A DNA stretch of 24,632 bases from Oscillatoria sp. FACHB-1406 (lineage in GTDB: Bacteria > Cyanobacteriota > Cyanobacteriia > Cyanobacteriales > Spirulinaceae), in NCBI RefSeq assembly GCF_014698145.1, contig NZ_JACJSM010000001.1, forward strand, positions 1 through 24,632. Reading direction: 5' to 3'. This document shows positions 1-7,890 of this stretch, one piece after another. The notes beneath the pieces were generated by a model that was given only the letters and a program-made list of their open reading frames with translations, was not told the DNA's origin and ran no database searches. Each line of letters opens with the position of its first letter. The first letter of the stretch is position 1. Both the position numbers and the translations under genes were made by a program.

Positions 1-97
1 CGCATCCAATTGTCCGGCGCAATATTTGTTCTTGCTCGGAGGTTGGGTAAAAACGGTAGCGGTAGGCTTTTTCCATGTTTCACATTGTACTATAGTC

Positions 98-132
98 TCT
101 GAGACCCCGTGCTAGAAGCACGGGGTCTCAGA
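98..132 (+). terminator. Perfect GC-rich inverted repeat, 16-bp stem with 3-nt loop (tCTGAGACCCCGTGCT-aga-AGCACGGGGTCTCAGa), followed by ACCCAATTTTT. Candidate intrinsic terminator of an upstream off-window gene, or a small palindromic insertion.
   Basis: Read directly. Left arm 98-113 is the exact reverse complement of right arm 117-132. A U5 tract begins 5 nt after the stem. It lies immediately 5' of the GTG start of the kinase ORF. Confidence 0.45.
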
Positions 133-158
133 CCCAATTTTTCGATGATCCCTACGGG

Positions 159-1871
159 GTGTTGATGTGTCATGGCAAGCAAGCTGGACAATTTACGCCA
201 GAAGATGTTTCGTTTCTACAGTCGATAGCCAATACACTGGCGGCAGCCCTACAGCGAGAAAAAACAGCCGCAGATTTGGCACAAAGTCGCGAACGGCTCG
301 ATCTGGCTCTATATGCGGGCAACATGGGCGTATGGGAGTTTGATATTGCGACTCAGAACACCTCCTGGAACCGGATTGAATACGAACTGCTGGGGTTAAA
401 CCCAGACGACAATCATCCCGCTAATACCGAGGTTTTCTATCGCTATGTCCATCCAGAAGATCGGGAGCGAGTTCAGCAAGAGGTCGATCGAGCGATCGCC
501 CAAAAAACGGAATTTAACAGCGAATTTCGCATTCATCAGGCGAATGGTCAACTGCGCTGGCTAGCGGGCAAAGGCAGAGTCATCACCGATGCAGAGGACA
601 ACGCGATCGAAGTGATTGGAGTGAACTACGACATCACCGAGCGCAAGCAGAACGAAGAAGAATTGCAGGCAGCCGATCGCCGCAAAGACGAATTCCTTGC
701 CGCTTTAGGACACGAACTCCGCAATCCTCTCAATGCTTTAAGTGGCAGCATTGCCTTAATACCCTTGCTCGTGCAATCCTTCCAGGAGCGCGATTGGGAT
801 TTTTCAATGTTCCGCGATCGGATCTTGTCTTTCTATACGATCGCTTGGCGGCAACTCAATCAATTAACCCGGATAGTTGACGATCTGCTGGAAGTCTCGC
901 GAGTAGCCTACGGCAAAATTCAGCTACAGCGTCAGCCCGTCGAACTCACCCAAATCCTGCGAGATTTAAGCCAAGACTACCAAGCTCGTGCCGCAGAAAA
1001 AGGCATCCAGATCGATCTGACGATTTCAGATCGGAAAATTTGGGTTGACGGAGATGCGGTTCGCCTGATGCAGGCTTTCTCGAATATTGTGCAAAATGCG
1101 ATCAAATTTTCTAACTCAGACAGTCAGATTGCGATCTCTATCGCAGTAGAGGCAAACCGAGCCACGATAAAAATTACGGACAGCGGTGTAGGAATCGAGG
1201 CAGAAGCGCTTGCTCGCATTTTCAAGCCCTTCAACCAAGAAAACCGCAGCCTCGCTCGTAATGATGGACTGGGCCTGGGGCTGCCGCTGGCAAAAGGGAT
1301 TATCGATCTGCACGACGGGCAGATTAGCGCAGAGAGCTTAGGGCTAAATCAAGGCACAGAAATCACCATTCATCTGCCCCAAATTGAAGCACCAGAGGGG
1401 GATAGACAGGCCGCTCCCGCGTTCGATTTGCCTTCAGAAAATCAAGAGTCTACCACTGAACGGGGAAAGGTTCTGATTGTTGAAGATGACGAAGACTCGG
1501 CTTTGTTGCTCGAGCTTTCTCTCGAAGAGGCAGGGTATCAAATTGCGATCGCCCGGGATGGACAAACCGGCTTAGCATTAGCCAGACAATTCCAACCCGA
1601 CCTGATTATCAGCGACATCGGTTTAACCAAAGCGATGAATGGCTATGCTTTTGCTAGAGCGATTCGTGCAGACCCCGAACTGAGCCATATTTACCTGATT
1701 GCCGCAAGTGGCTACGGACAGCCAGAAGACAAAGCCAATGCTAAAGCAGCCGGATTTGACGAGCATTTCACCAAACCGATCGACTTCGAGCAACTGCAAA
1801 TTTTTGTTGCCCAGCAATTAGCTCAAATCGATCGTCAGCCCCCAGCATCTTTAGATCGGGGCGATAGTTGA
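159..1871 (+). CDS. Hybrid sensor histidine kinase. It has the tail of a GAF domain, then PAS/PAC, HisKA, HATPase_c, and a C-terminal receiver domain. It appears N-terminally truncated: the ORF opens with GTG inside the last helix of a GAF domain.
   Basis: H-box LGHELRNPLNAL. N/G boxes: NAIKFS, DSGVGI, GLGLGL. Receiver: VLIVEDDEDS ... LIISDIGL ... KP. The N-terminus MLMCHGKQAGQFTPEDVSFLQSIANTLAAAL matches the conserved C-terminal end of GAF domains. An in-frame stop lies at 93-95, so there is no upstream extension. Confidence 0.85.
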   Translation: MLMCHGKQAGQFTPEDVSFLQSIANTLAAALQREKTAADLAQSRERLDLALYAGNMGVWEFDIATQNTSWNRIEYELLGLNPDDNHPANTEVFYRYVHPEDRERVQQEVDRAIAQKTEFNSEFRIHQANGQLRWLAGKGRVITDAEDNAIEVIGVNYDITERKQNEEELQAADRRKDEFLAALGHELRNPLNALSGSIALIPLLVQSFQERDWDFSMFRDRILSFYTIAWRQLNQLTRIVDDLLEVSRVAYGKIQLQRQPVELTQILRDLSQDYQARAAEKGIQIDLTISDRKIWVDGDAVRLMQAFSNIVQNAIKFSNSDSQIAISIAVEANRATIKITDSGVGIEAEALARIFKPFNQENRSLARNDGLGLGLPLAKGIIDLHDGQISAESLGLNQGTEITIHLPQIEAPEGDRQAAPAFDLPSENQESTTERGKVLIVEDDEDSALLLELSLEEAGYQIAIARDGQTGLALARQFQPDLIISDIGLTKAMNGYAFARAIRADPELSHIYLIAASGYGQPEDKANAKAAGFDEHFTKPIDFEQLQIFVAQQLAQIDRQPPASLDRGDS

Positions 1872-2116
1872 CACCAATAAGTAATGCTCTGCCCTAATTG
1901 TGCAAATAGTGCAAAATCAATGAAAACTGGTCTGAGTACAGGAGGAGCGTTTCCGGAGCGCTCCCGCAGGGATCCGCGTAGCGGCACGCATTAAACTCCC
2001 CTCATATTAAATTGGTATTATTAAGGAGCATAAACGCTTGTTCCACCACAGTTTTTCTTAGCTGAAATCTGCTGCCGCTTGCCGTCTAATTTAGGTTTGG
2101 AACTCGCTCAAATTTT

Positions 2117-2962
2117 TTGAGATTAGACAGTCTGATTGATAAAGTCAGTCCGCTTAAGGCTAAAACGGCTGAAGATCGCGAGCCAATTCGACCCGGATAT
2201 ATTTATGTCGCTCCGCCCGATCTGCATATGCTGCTTAAGCCCGGTCATATACACCTGCGTCGCGGGCCGAAAGAGAACCGGCATCGTCCGGCGATCGATC
2301 CCTTGTTTCGCTCGGCAGCAGTCGCGTATCGGGCGCAAGTCGTGGGAGTTGTCCTGACGGGATATCTGGATGATGGTACTTCTGGCTTACTCGCCATCAA
2401 GCGCTGCGGTGGGATTGCTGTGGTTCAAGATCCAGAAGATGCAGATTATCCAGATATGCCCAAAAATGCGATCGCTAAAGTCGAAATTGACTATCAGCTA
2501 CCCATTCACAAGATGGGGAATGTGATTCGTCAAATTGTAGAGCAGCCCGCCCCTGCGATCGACGAAGTTCCCCAAGATATCGTACTAGAAGCTGAAATTG
2601 CAGCACAAACCATGAGCAATATTAGCGACGAGAACCGACTGGGGCATTTAGTACCGGTTAGCTGCCCCGAGTGTGGCGGACCGCTGTGGCGAATCGAGTC
2701 CGATCGCGTGAAGCGCTACCGCTGTCATGTAGGACATGGTTTCACTGCAAAGGCACTGATGGCAGACCAGGATGAGGCTTTAGAGCAAGCGCTGTGGGCG
2801 GCAATGCGAACGATGGAAGAGCGCGCAAATATCGCTTTGGCGATGGCAAAAGATGAAGAAAAACGCGGGCATAGTCGGTCGGCGCAAGCGTATCAAGAGC
2901 AGGCTAAAGTCTCTAAGGCGCACGCTAACGTTATTCGCAAGCTGTTGGTAGAGGGAATTTGA
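2117..2962 (+). CDS. CheB-type methylesterase domain protein, C-terminal half only, followed by a C-terminal zinc ribbon (CPECGG ... RCHVGHG) and a coiled-coil tail. TTG start. Likely a truncated or inactive derivative.
   Basis: GYIYVAPPDLHMLL ... NRHRPAIDPLFRSAA ... GVVLTGYLDDGTSGL ... GGIAVVQD matches the second half of CheB_methylest. The N-terminal half carrying the catalytic Ser (GASTGG) and His is absent. An in-frame stop lies at 2087-2089. No CheB-like coding sequence is found in 1872-2116 in any frame. Confidence 0.6.
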   Translation: MRLDSLIDKVSPLKAKTAEDREPIRPGYIYVAPPDLHMLLKPGHIHLRRGPKENRHRPAIDPLFRSAAVAYRAQVVGVVLTGYLDDGTSGLLAIKRCGGIAVVQDPEDADYPDMPKNAIAKVEIDYQLPIHKMGNVIRQIVEQPAPAIDEVPQDIVLEAEIAAQTMSNISDENRLGHLVPVSCPECGGPLWRIESDRVKRYRCHVGHGFTAKALMADQDEALEQALWAAMRTMEERANIALAMAKDEEKRGHSRSAQAYQEQAKVSKAHANVIRKLLVEGI

Positions 2963-3020
2963 GTCTTTCGGTGGAAAGATTCCGATCTTCTCAAAAAGTC
3001 ATATAGCAGTTTTCACGTGA

Positions 3021-3087
3021 GTGAGGTACACCCAACGGGCGCAAGCCTTGCGCCCCTACCGATTTGATTTTGGAATCCGTACCTCAC
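3021..3087. terminator. Nested hairpin between convergent genes. The outer 9-bp stem is GTGAGGTAC/GTACCTCAC. It encloses an inner GC-rich hairpin GGGCGCA-agcct-TGCGCCC (3037-3055). The inner hairpin is followed by CTACCGATTTGATTTTGG. Candidate bidirectional terminator or structured RNA.
   Basis: Inverted repeats read directly from the sequence. It sits between the stop at 2962 (+) and the stop at 3174 (-). Confidence 0.35.
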
Positions 3088-3173
3088 GCCTATGAAAAAC
3101 GCTATATACTCTTCAAAGCTTAGATTCTTGTCTTGTCGGTATTCGATCGCCTTCCCATACTTCAACGGTTATT

Positions 3174-3662
3174 CTATTGACTCGAGTCTAGCAGTTGCTT
3201 AACCATCAACAGCGATTGCTCCTGGTATCCCAAACGGCGATACAAGCTCAACGCCGGACGATTTTCGCAAAACACTTGCAGCCCGATTTGGCGATCGCCC
3301 CGTCTTCTGGCCCAATCTTCCGCTTTCTGCATCAGCGCCGAACCAATCCCCCGACAGCGATACTCCGGGACGACATAAAGCAGGAAAATATGAGCATAGC
3401 GATCGCCTTCCGCTTGCGCGATTGCGTTTCCCATCCACAAACCCGCAATTTTCGCCCCATACGCCCCCAAACTCGCTCCCGACACCACCCACCACAGTGG
3501 CGTTTCTGAGGAAAAATAACGTTCTACCGTCGTTGCCAGATGGGAGTATTCTTGATTTTCGGGGAATAACTCTTGGTAGCTGCGGGTTAAAAAGCGCAAT
3601 AACAAGGCCCGATCTCTGCCGCAGCCTTCCATAATTTCATAGTCGGGAACTCTAGCGTTCAA
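3174..3662 (-). CDS. GNAT family N-acetyltransferase. The listed TTG start is at 3662. An in-frame ATG at 3632 is an alternative start.
   Basis: Acetyl-CoA binding motif RGIGSALMQKAEDWARRRG, and the C-terminal block ENRPALSLYRRLGYQE. Confidence 0.8.
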   Translation of the reverse strand: MNARVPDYEIMEGCGRDRALLLRFLTRSYQELFPENQEYSHLATTVERYFSSETPLWWVVSGASLGAYGAKIAGLWMGNAIAQAEGDRYAHIFLLYVVPEYRCRGIGSALMQKAEDWARRRGDRQIGLQVFCENRPALSLYRRLGYQEQSLLMVKQLLDSSQ

Positions 3663-3835
3663 CTTTCTGGAATGCTAGAGGGAACTGCTGCCTTTGCCCC
3701 GTCTATCTCCTCAATCGGTGCGGGGGCGGCTAAGTCGGAGGGTAAGAAAATGCGCGCGCTGACCGCTACTAGCGCGATCGCGAAAGTCAGCACAACCAAC
3801 AAAGGGGCAATATACTGGCGGAAAAAAGCCATCAT
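3659..3835 (-). CDS. Candidate small membrane protein, 58 aa: MMAFFRQYIAPLLVVLTFAIALVAVSARIFLPSDLAAPAPIEEIDGAKAAVPSSIPES. It is not in the ORF track because it is below the size cutoff. Its TGA stop overlaps the TTG of the GNAT ORF (TTGA).
   Basis: My own translation of the minus strand. The N-terminal part is predicted to be one transmembrane helix. It sits immediately upstream of, and co-directional with, the GNAT gene. The alternative plus-strand 65-aa ORF 3672-3869 is low-complexity and less protein-like. Confidence 0.3.
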   Translation of the reverse strand: MMAFFRQYIAPLLVVLTFAIALVAVSARIFLPSDLAAPAPIEEIDGAKAAVPSSIPES

Positions 3836-3938
3836 ACGAGGATTTATGCAATCTTTGATCTTCCTCTAGTCTAACGAGCCGCCGGATATATGATAAAAAA
3901 ATAGTATTAACAAATCTTTATAAAACCAGCATAGAGCC

Positions 3939-4841
3939 GTGATACAAGCAACTTCCCCCAGCCTCCAAAACCGTTCAACTTGGAACTGGCAAAACCATCA
4001 AATCCAGTACGCCGTCCAAGGAACGGGCAGCCCTCTACTCTTAATTCACGGCTTTGGGGCTTCTATCGGTCACTGGCGCAAAAATCTTCCCGTCCTCGCC
4101 GCTGCTGGTTATCGCGTCTTTGCCCTCGATCTCTTGGGATTTGGCAACTCCGATAAACCCCTCCTCAACTACACCTTAGACCTGTGGCAGCAACAAATTT
4201 ATGACTTTTGGCAAGAAAAAATACAAGCCCCAACAGTTTTCATCGGTAATTCTATCGGCGGTTTGCTCGCGTTGATGGTAACGGCAAATTTCCCCGAAAT
4301 CGCCGCCGGATGCACGGTTATTAACTGTGCGGGCGGTCTCAATCACCGTCCTGAAGAGTTACCCGCCCCCCTGCGCGCGGTGATGGGAACGTTTACGAAA
4401 GTGGTGAGTTCTCCGCTATCGGGCCCAGTTCTGTTTAACTTAATCCGTCGCAAACCTCAACTACGCCGTACTCTAAGCCAGGTTTACCGCGATCGCGCCG
4501 CCATTACCGAAGAATTGGTGGAAATGCTCTATCAGCCTTCCTGCCATCCCAACGCCCAAAAGGTCTTTGCTTCAATTCTCACTGCACCGCCAGGACCCAC
4601 GCCAGCAAGCTTGCTGCAACGCCTAGAACGCCCGCTGTTGGTAATTTGGGGCGAGGACGATCCTTGGACTCCTCTGGCGGGTGCAAAAGTTTATCGAGAA
4701 TTAGCAGAACGGAACCCAGACGTAACTTTCACTTCTATCCCTAAAGCAGGCCATTGTCCCCACGACGAATGCCCCGATCTGGTCAATGCTTCGCTCCTGG
4801 ACTGGCTTAATAGCGATCGGTTCTCAGTTATCAGTCCTTAA
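3939..4841 (+). CDS. Alpha/beta-fold hydrolase.
   Basis: The HGFGAS oxyanion region, the GNSIGG nucleophile elbow, and a C-terminal GHCPHDE catalytic His region. Confidence 0.8.
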   Translation: MIQATSPSLQNRSTWNWQNHQIQYAVQGTGSPLLLIHGFGASIGHWRKNLPVLAAAGYRVFALDLLGFGNSDKPLLNYTLDLWQQQIYDFWQEKIQAPTVFIGNSIGGLLALMVTANFPEIAAGCTVINCAGGLNHRPEELPAPLRAVMGTFTKVVSSPLSGPVLFNLIRRKPQLRRTLSQVYRDRAAITEELVEMLYQPSCHPNAQKVFASILTAPPGPTPASLLQRLERPLLVIWGEDDPWTPLAGAKVYRELAERNPDVTFTSIPKAGHCPHDECPDLVNASLLDWLNSDRFSVISP

Positions 4842-5125
4842 TGAATGGTGAATAAGGGAAAAGGGATAGCGATCACTCCCTCTCTCCTGCACCAGTCACC
4901 AGTAGCAAGACCCTCTCCCCCTCATCTCCTTCCGGATAGAATGCGGCTTTAATGTAGAGAACTATATTGCTTATCGGCTGCTGACGGGCTAACTGATAAC
5001 GTTCGACTGTTCTGCATCGCGATTGACGGATGACTCCTGATTGTTAACTGTATAACTGATAACTGTTAACACCTAGAGCTATAATCCTGGATGAGGATTG
5101 TGAAGTTAAATGAAGGGCAGCGATC

Positions 5126-6703
5126 TTGCGCTCTCCTGACCTGATGAGGGAGTGCAGCGCGAGGAAAAAGCCGCCGGAAACCGCCCTAAAATTTGTTGGA
5201 TGTGTGAGGTTAAATGTGAGAAATCAAACGGAAGCATTGCCGAGCAATGCAAGAAAGGATTCATCTAAACCCTTGCGTCAAACGCCTCCGAGCCTCGAGA
5301 GCGAAAGCCTTTTGAGTCCGACAGTTCCCAAGCGTCGATCGCGTCTGACTCTCTTCAATATCTTGATGCAGAAGCGAATTTGGCTGTGGAGTAGTACCTT
5401 TGCGATCGCGGTAGGGATTTCTGCGGTATCAGGGGCTGCGATCGGATTATTTGCACCGATTCCCAAAAGCTTCGCCCATTTCGTACCGGGATCGGAAACG
5501 AGCGCCGACGGTAAAGTTCTGGAACATCAAAAACTGTGGGACTTTTTCTTACGTTACGAACTCGATCGCCCCGTTAACATTTTAGTATTGGGGATCGATC
5601 GCGTCCTTGATGCCCAGCCCGGTTCTAAAGAAGCGTTCGACGGTCACAGCGATACGATGTTACTGTTGCGCTTCGACCCCGAAAAGCACGTTCTCCAAAT
5701 GCTCTCCATTCCTCGCGATACGCGCGTGCTTATCCCTGGAGAAGGCATGGTGAAAATCAACGATGCTAATTTCTCTGGCGGTGCCAAACGTGCTACGGAA
5801 GTTGTGAGCGAAACTCTCAATGATATTCCGATCGATCGCTACGTCCGAATTACTAACGATGCGTTTCGCGAACTGGTGGATCTCGTCGGCGGGATTGAAG
5901 TCAATGTTCCCCACGCTATGCAATACCGGGATGAAACACAGCAACTCAATATTAACCTCGCACCCGGACGACAAATTTTAAACGGCGATCGCGCCGAACA
6001 GTTCGCCCGCTTCCGTAAGGATAGTTACGGCGATATCGGGCGCATTCAACGCCAGCAAATTCTGCTCAAAGCACTGCGGGAACGCCTGCAAAGTCCGGCA
6101 ACGTTGCCCCGCCTCCCGCAAGCCGTACAGATGATGCGGCAGTACGTCGATACAAACCTCAGTTGGGAAGAAACGCTCGCGTTAGTCGGTTTTGGGTTGA
6201 AGCTGGAAAAAGAACAAATTAAAATGGTCATGCTGCCCGGTCGGTTCAGCGAGAAGAATGAATTTAATGGCGTGAGCTATTGGTTGATGTCGGAGCGAGA
6301 ACGCGATCGCATCCTTCGTAACAACTTCGACCAACCCGTACCGGGCGAGGAAACCACGAGCGAAAAGACTGAAGCTTCGGAATCGGAGCAAGTCAAACCG
6401 TTACGCGCCCGCATTGCTATCCAAAACACCACCGCCGATCCCGCTGTCGCCGAGCGAGTTCTCGAATATCTTCAAGCTCGCGACATTCGTAACGCTTATA
6501 TCTCCGAGCGCCCCGCCCCGCAAGTCCTCGAACAAACCGAAATTATCGTGCAACAAGGCGATCGCGAAACAGCGAAGCGCTTGCACGCCCTCTTAGGTTT
6601 TGGCAGCATCGAAGACGATTCAACCGGCGATATTGGTTCTCAGTTGACGCTGCGCGTGGGAAGCGATTGGTTGCCAAAACTGGAAGCAGAACCAAGGAAG
6701 TAG
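5126..6703 (+). CDS. LytR-CpsA-Psr (LCP) family cell-envelope protein with a C-terminal LytR_C domain. The N-terminus is uncertain; ATG at 5366 (MQKRIWLW, just before the TM helix) is an alternative start.
   Basis: LCP core: LVLGIDRV ... GHSDTMLLLRFDP ... LSIPRDTRV ... GGAKRATEVVSETLNDIPIDRYVRI ... LNGDRAEQFARFRKDSYGDIGRIQRQQ. A TATAAT box lies at 5079-5084. Confidence 0.8.
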   Translation: MRSPDLMRECSARKKPPETALKFVGCVRLNVRNQTEALPSNARKDSSKPLRQTPPSLESESLLSPTVPKRRSRLTLFNILMQKRIWLWSSTFAIAVGISAVSGAAIGLFAPIPKSFAHFVPGSETSADGKVLEHQKLWDFFLRYELDRPVNILVLGIDRVLDAQPGSKEAFDGHSDTMLLLRFDPEKHVLQMLSIPRDTRVLIPGEGMVKINDANFSGGAKRATEVVSETLNDIPIDRYVRITNDAFRELVDLVGGIEVNVPHAMQYRDETQQLNINLAPGRQILNGDRAEQFARFRKDSYGDIGRIQRQQILLKALRERLQSPATLPRLPQAVQMMRQYVDTNLSWEETLALVGFGLKLEKEQIKMVMLPGRFSEKNEFNGVSYWLMSERERDRILRNNFDQPVPGEETTSEKTEASESEQVKPLRARIAIQNTTADPAVAERVLEYLQARDIRNAYISERPAPQVLEQTEIIVQQGDRETAKRLHALLGFGSIEDDSTGDIGSQLTLRVGSDWLPKLEAEPRK

Positions 6704-6790
6704 TTTGTAATTCGTAATTCGTAGTTCGTAATTCGTAATTCGTAATTCGTAATTCGGATTTCATAACTCATAATTCATCATTCATAACTC
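6700..6790. repeat. Heptanucleotide tandem array, 12-13 units. GTAATTC occurs 6 times plus the variant GTAGTTC, then degenerate units GGATTTC, ATAACTC, ATAATTC, ATCATTC, ATAACTC. It starts at the LCP stop codon and ends 19 nt before the ATG of the pentapeptide gene.
   Basis: Units delineated by hand from 6707 in exact 7-nt register. It resembles cyanobacterial STRR-type heptamer repeats but does not match STRR1-3 consensus sequences. Confidence 0.9.
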
Positions 6791-6808
6791 ATCTGTTGAA
6801 ACGAGAAA

Positions 6809-7318
6809 ATGGGAAAAACGTTAGTTGAGAGAGGGCGGGGGTTAATTGCAATTATAGTGCTGGCGCTGCTGTGGCTGTTATTAACGGCAATGCCTGCGAT
6901 CGCGCAAGATAAAACCGTCAATTATACCCAAACCGACTTGCAAGGGCGGGACTTTTCGGGGGAAGACTTATCCAAAGCAGTTTTCGCGGCTGCTGACTTG
7001 CGCGAAGCCAACTTGGAGCGATCGGATTTAAGCGGCGCTATTCTTACGAAAGCCGTGTTGTTCAAGGCAAATTTAAAAGATGCGAACTTATCCGGCGCGC
7101 TCGCCGATCGCGTCACTTTCGATGCAGCCAACCTCGAAGGCGCAATTTTTACCGATGCGGTAGCGACCCGAACGCGCTTTTTCGATGCTGAAATTACGGG
7201 AGCGGACTTTTCGGGGACGATTCTCGATCGCTACCAAGTGAGTTTGATGTGCGATCGCGCTGCGGGAACGAATCCAGTAACGGGAATCGCCACGCGAGAA
7301 AGTTTGGGATGCGATTAA
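6809..7318 (+). CDS. Secreted pentapeptide-repeat protein, Rfr / thylakoid-lumen type, with an N-terminal signal peptide.
   Basis: Signal peptide [23 protein letters not shown], followed by consecutive A(D/N)LxxANLxx pentapeptide repeats. Confidence 0.85.
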   Translation: MGKTLVERGRGLIAIIVLALLWLLLTAMPAIAQDKTVNYTQTDLQGRDFSGEDLSKAVFAAADLREANLERSDLSGAILTKAVLFKANLKDANLSGALADRVTFDAANLEGAIFTDAVATRTRFFDAEITGADFSGTILDRYQVSLMCDRAAGTNPVTGIATRESLGCD

Positions 7319-7740
7319 AATTTCCCAGACAATCCCGCTAAAGTGATGGCGCGATCGATAAACATTATCGCCTGCTCTGGCTGACCTATTTCGGCTAAGT
7401 CGCTGGCACTTTCTGCGAAGGCTAACGCTTGCTGTTGCTGACTTTCCAAACCCTCGATCGCTTGCAAGGCGCGATCGATTTTGCCAGTTTCAATTAAAGT
7501 CGGTGCAATTGAAGATAACGCCTTTGCACTCCACGGTTCAGATCTAAAGCGTTGAATCAGTTGTAGGGCGCGATCGTATTGTCCTACCTTGGCAAGAGCG
7601 ACGGCAATCGCTGATACGACTTCAGAGTTTAGTGCATTGGCGGGGACGGGAGAAAGGGGGTGTTGCACGAACAGCAAGGGAGAAGCCAGCTTTCCCGACG
7701 CAGTTTGTTCGATTACTGGGGCTGCATTCGCTCCGGTCAC
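7315..7740 (-). CDS. TPR-like repeat protein, probably exported. The listed GTG start falls inside what looks like a signal peptide that is split across two reading frames, so the true start is probably at 7816. See findings.
   Basis: Three helical repeats of the form G(Q/K)xDRALQxI. Upstream in-frame sequence encodes [23 protein letters not shown] before the GTG. The ATG at 7816 opens MQCPLAAFLTHT in the +1 frame. Confidence 0.55.
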   Translation of the reverse strand: MTGANAAPVIEQTASGKLASPLLFVQHPLSPVPANALNSEVVSAIAVALAKVGQYDRALQLIQRFRSEPWSAKALSSIAPTLIETGKIDRALQAIEGLESQQQQALAFAESASDLAEIGQPEQAIMFIDRAITLAGLSGKF

Positions 7741-7890
7741 AGCAAAGAGGCTGAGAGTGGCGAACAGAACAACAAGAGGGTGTGTGAGTTAAAAAAGCCG
7801 CGAGCGGGCATTGCATTCTTCACAAATTTTTGCAAAGGTTATTGACGGGGGGACTATCCCCCTCCAATTGTCGTGGTATTAATACTGTCT

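Noticed and set aside
3021-3087. Possible tRNA, because of the paired ends and internal hairpin
   Set aside because: There is no D-arm or T-arm (GTTCRA) architecture and no anticodon stem. The length and arm layout are wrong for a tRNA.
3672-3869. Plus-strand 65-aa ORF in the GNAT/hydrolase intergenic region
   Set aside because: It has a low-complexity Ala/Ser/Lys-rich sequence with no hydrophobic core. The opposite-strand 58-aa ORF is more protein-like and is positioned as a co-directional partner of the GNAT gene.
6543-6764. Minus-strand ORF MKSELRITNYELRTTNYELQTT...
   Set aside because: It is a translation artefact of the heptamer tandem array (repeating NYEL). It also overlaps the 3' end of the LCP gene.
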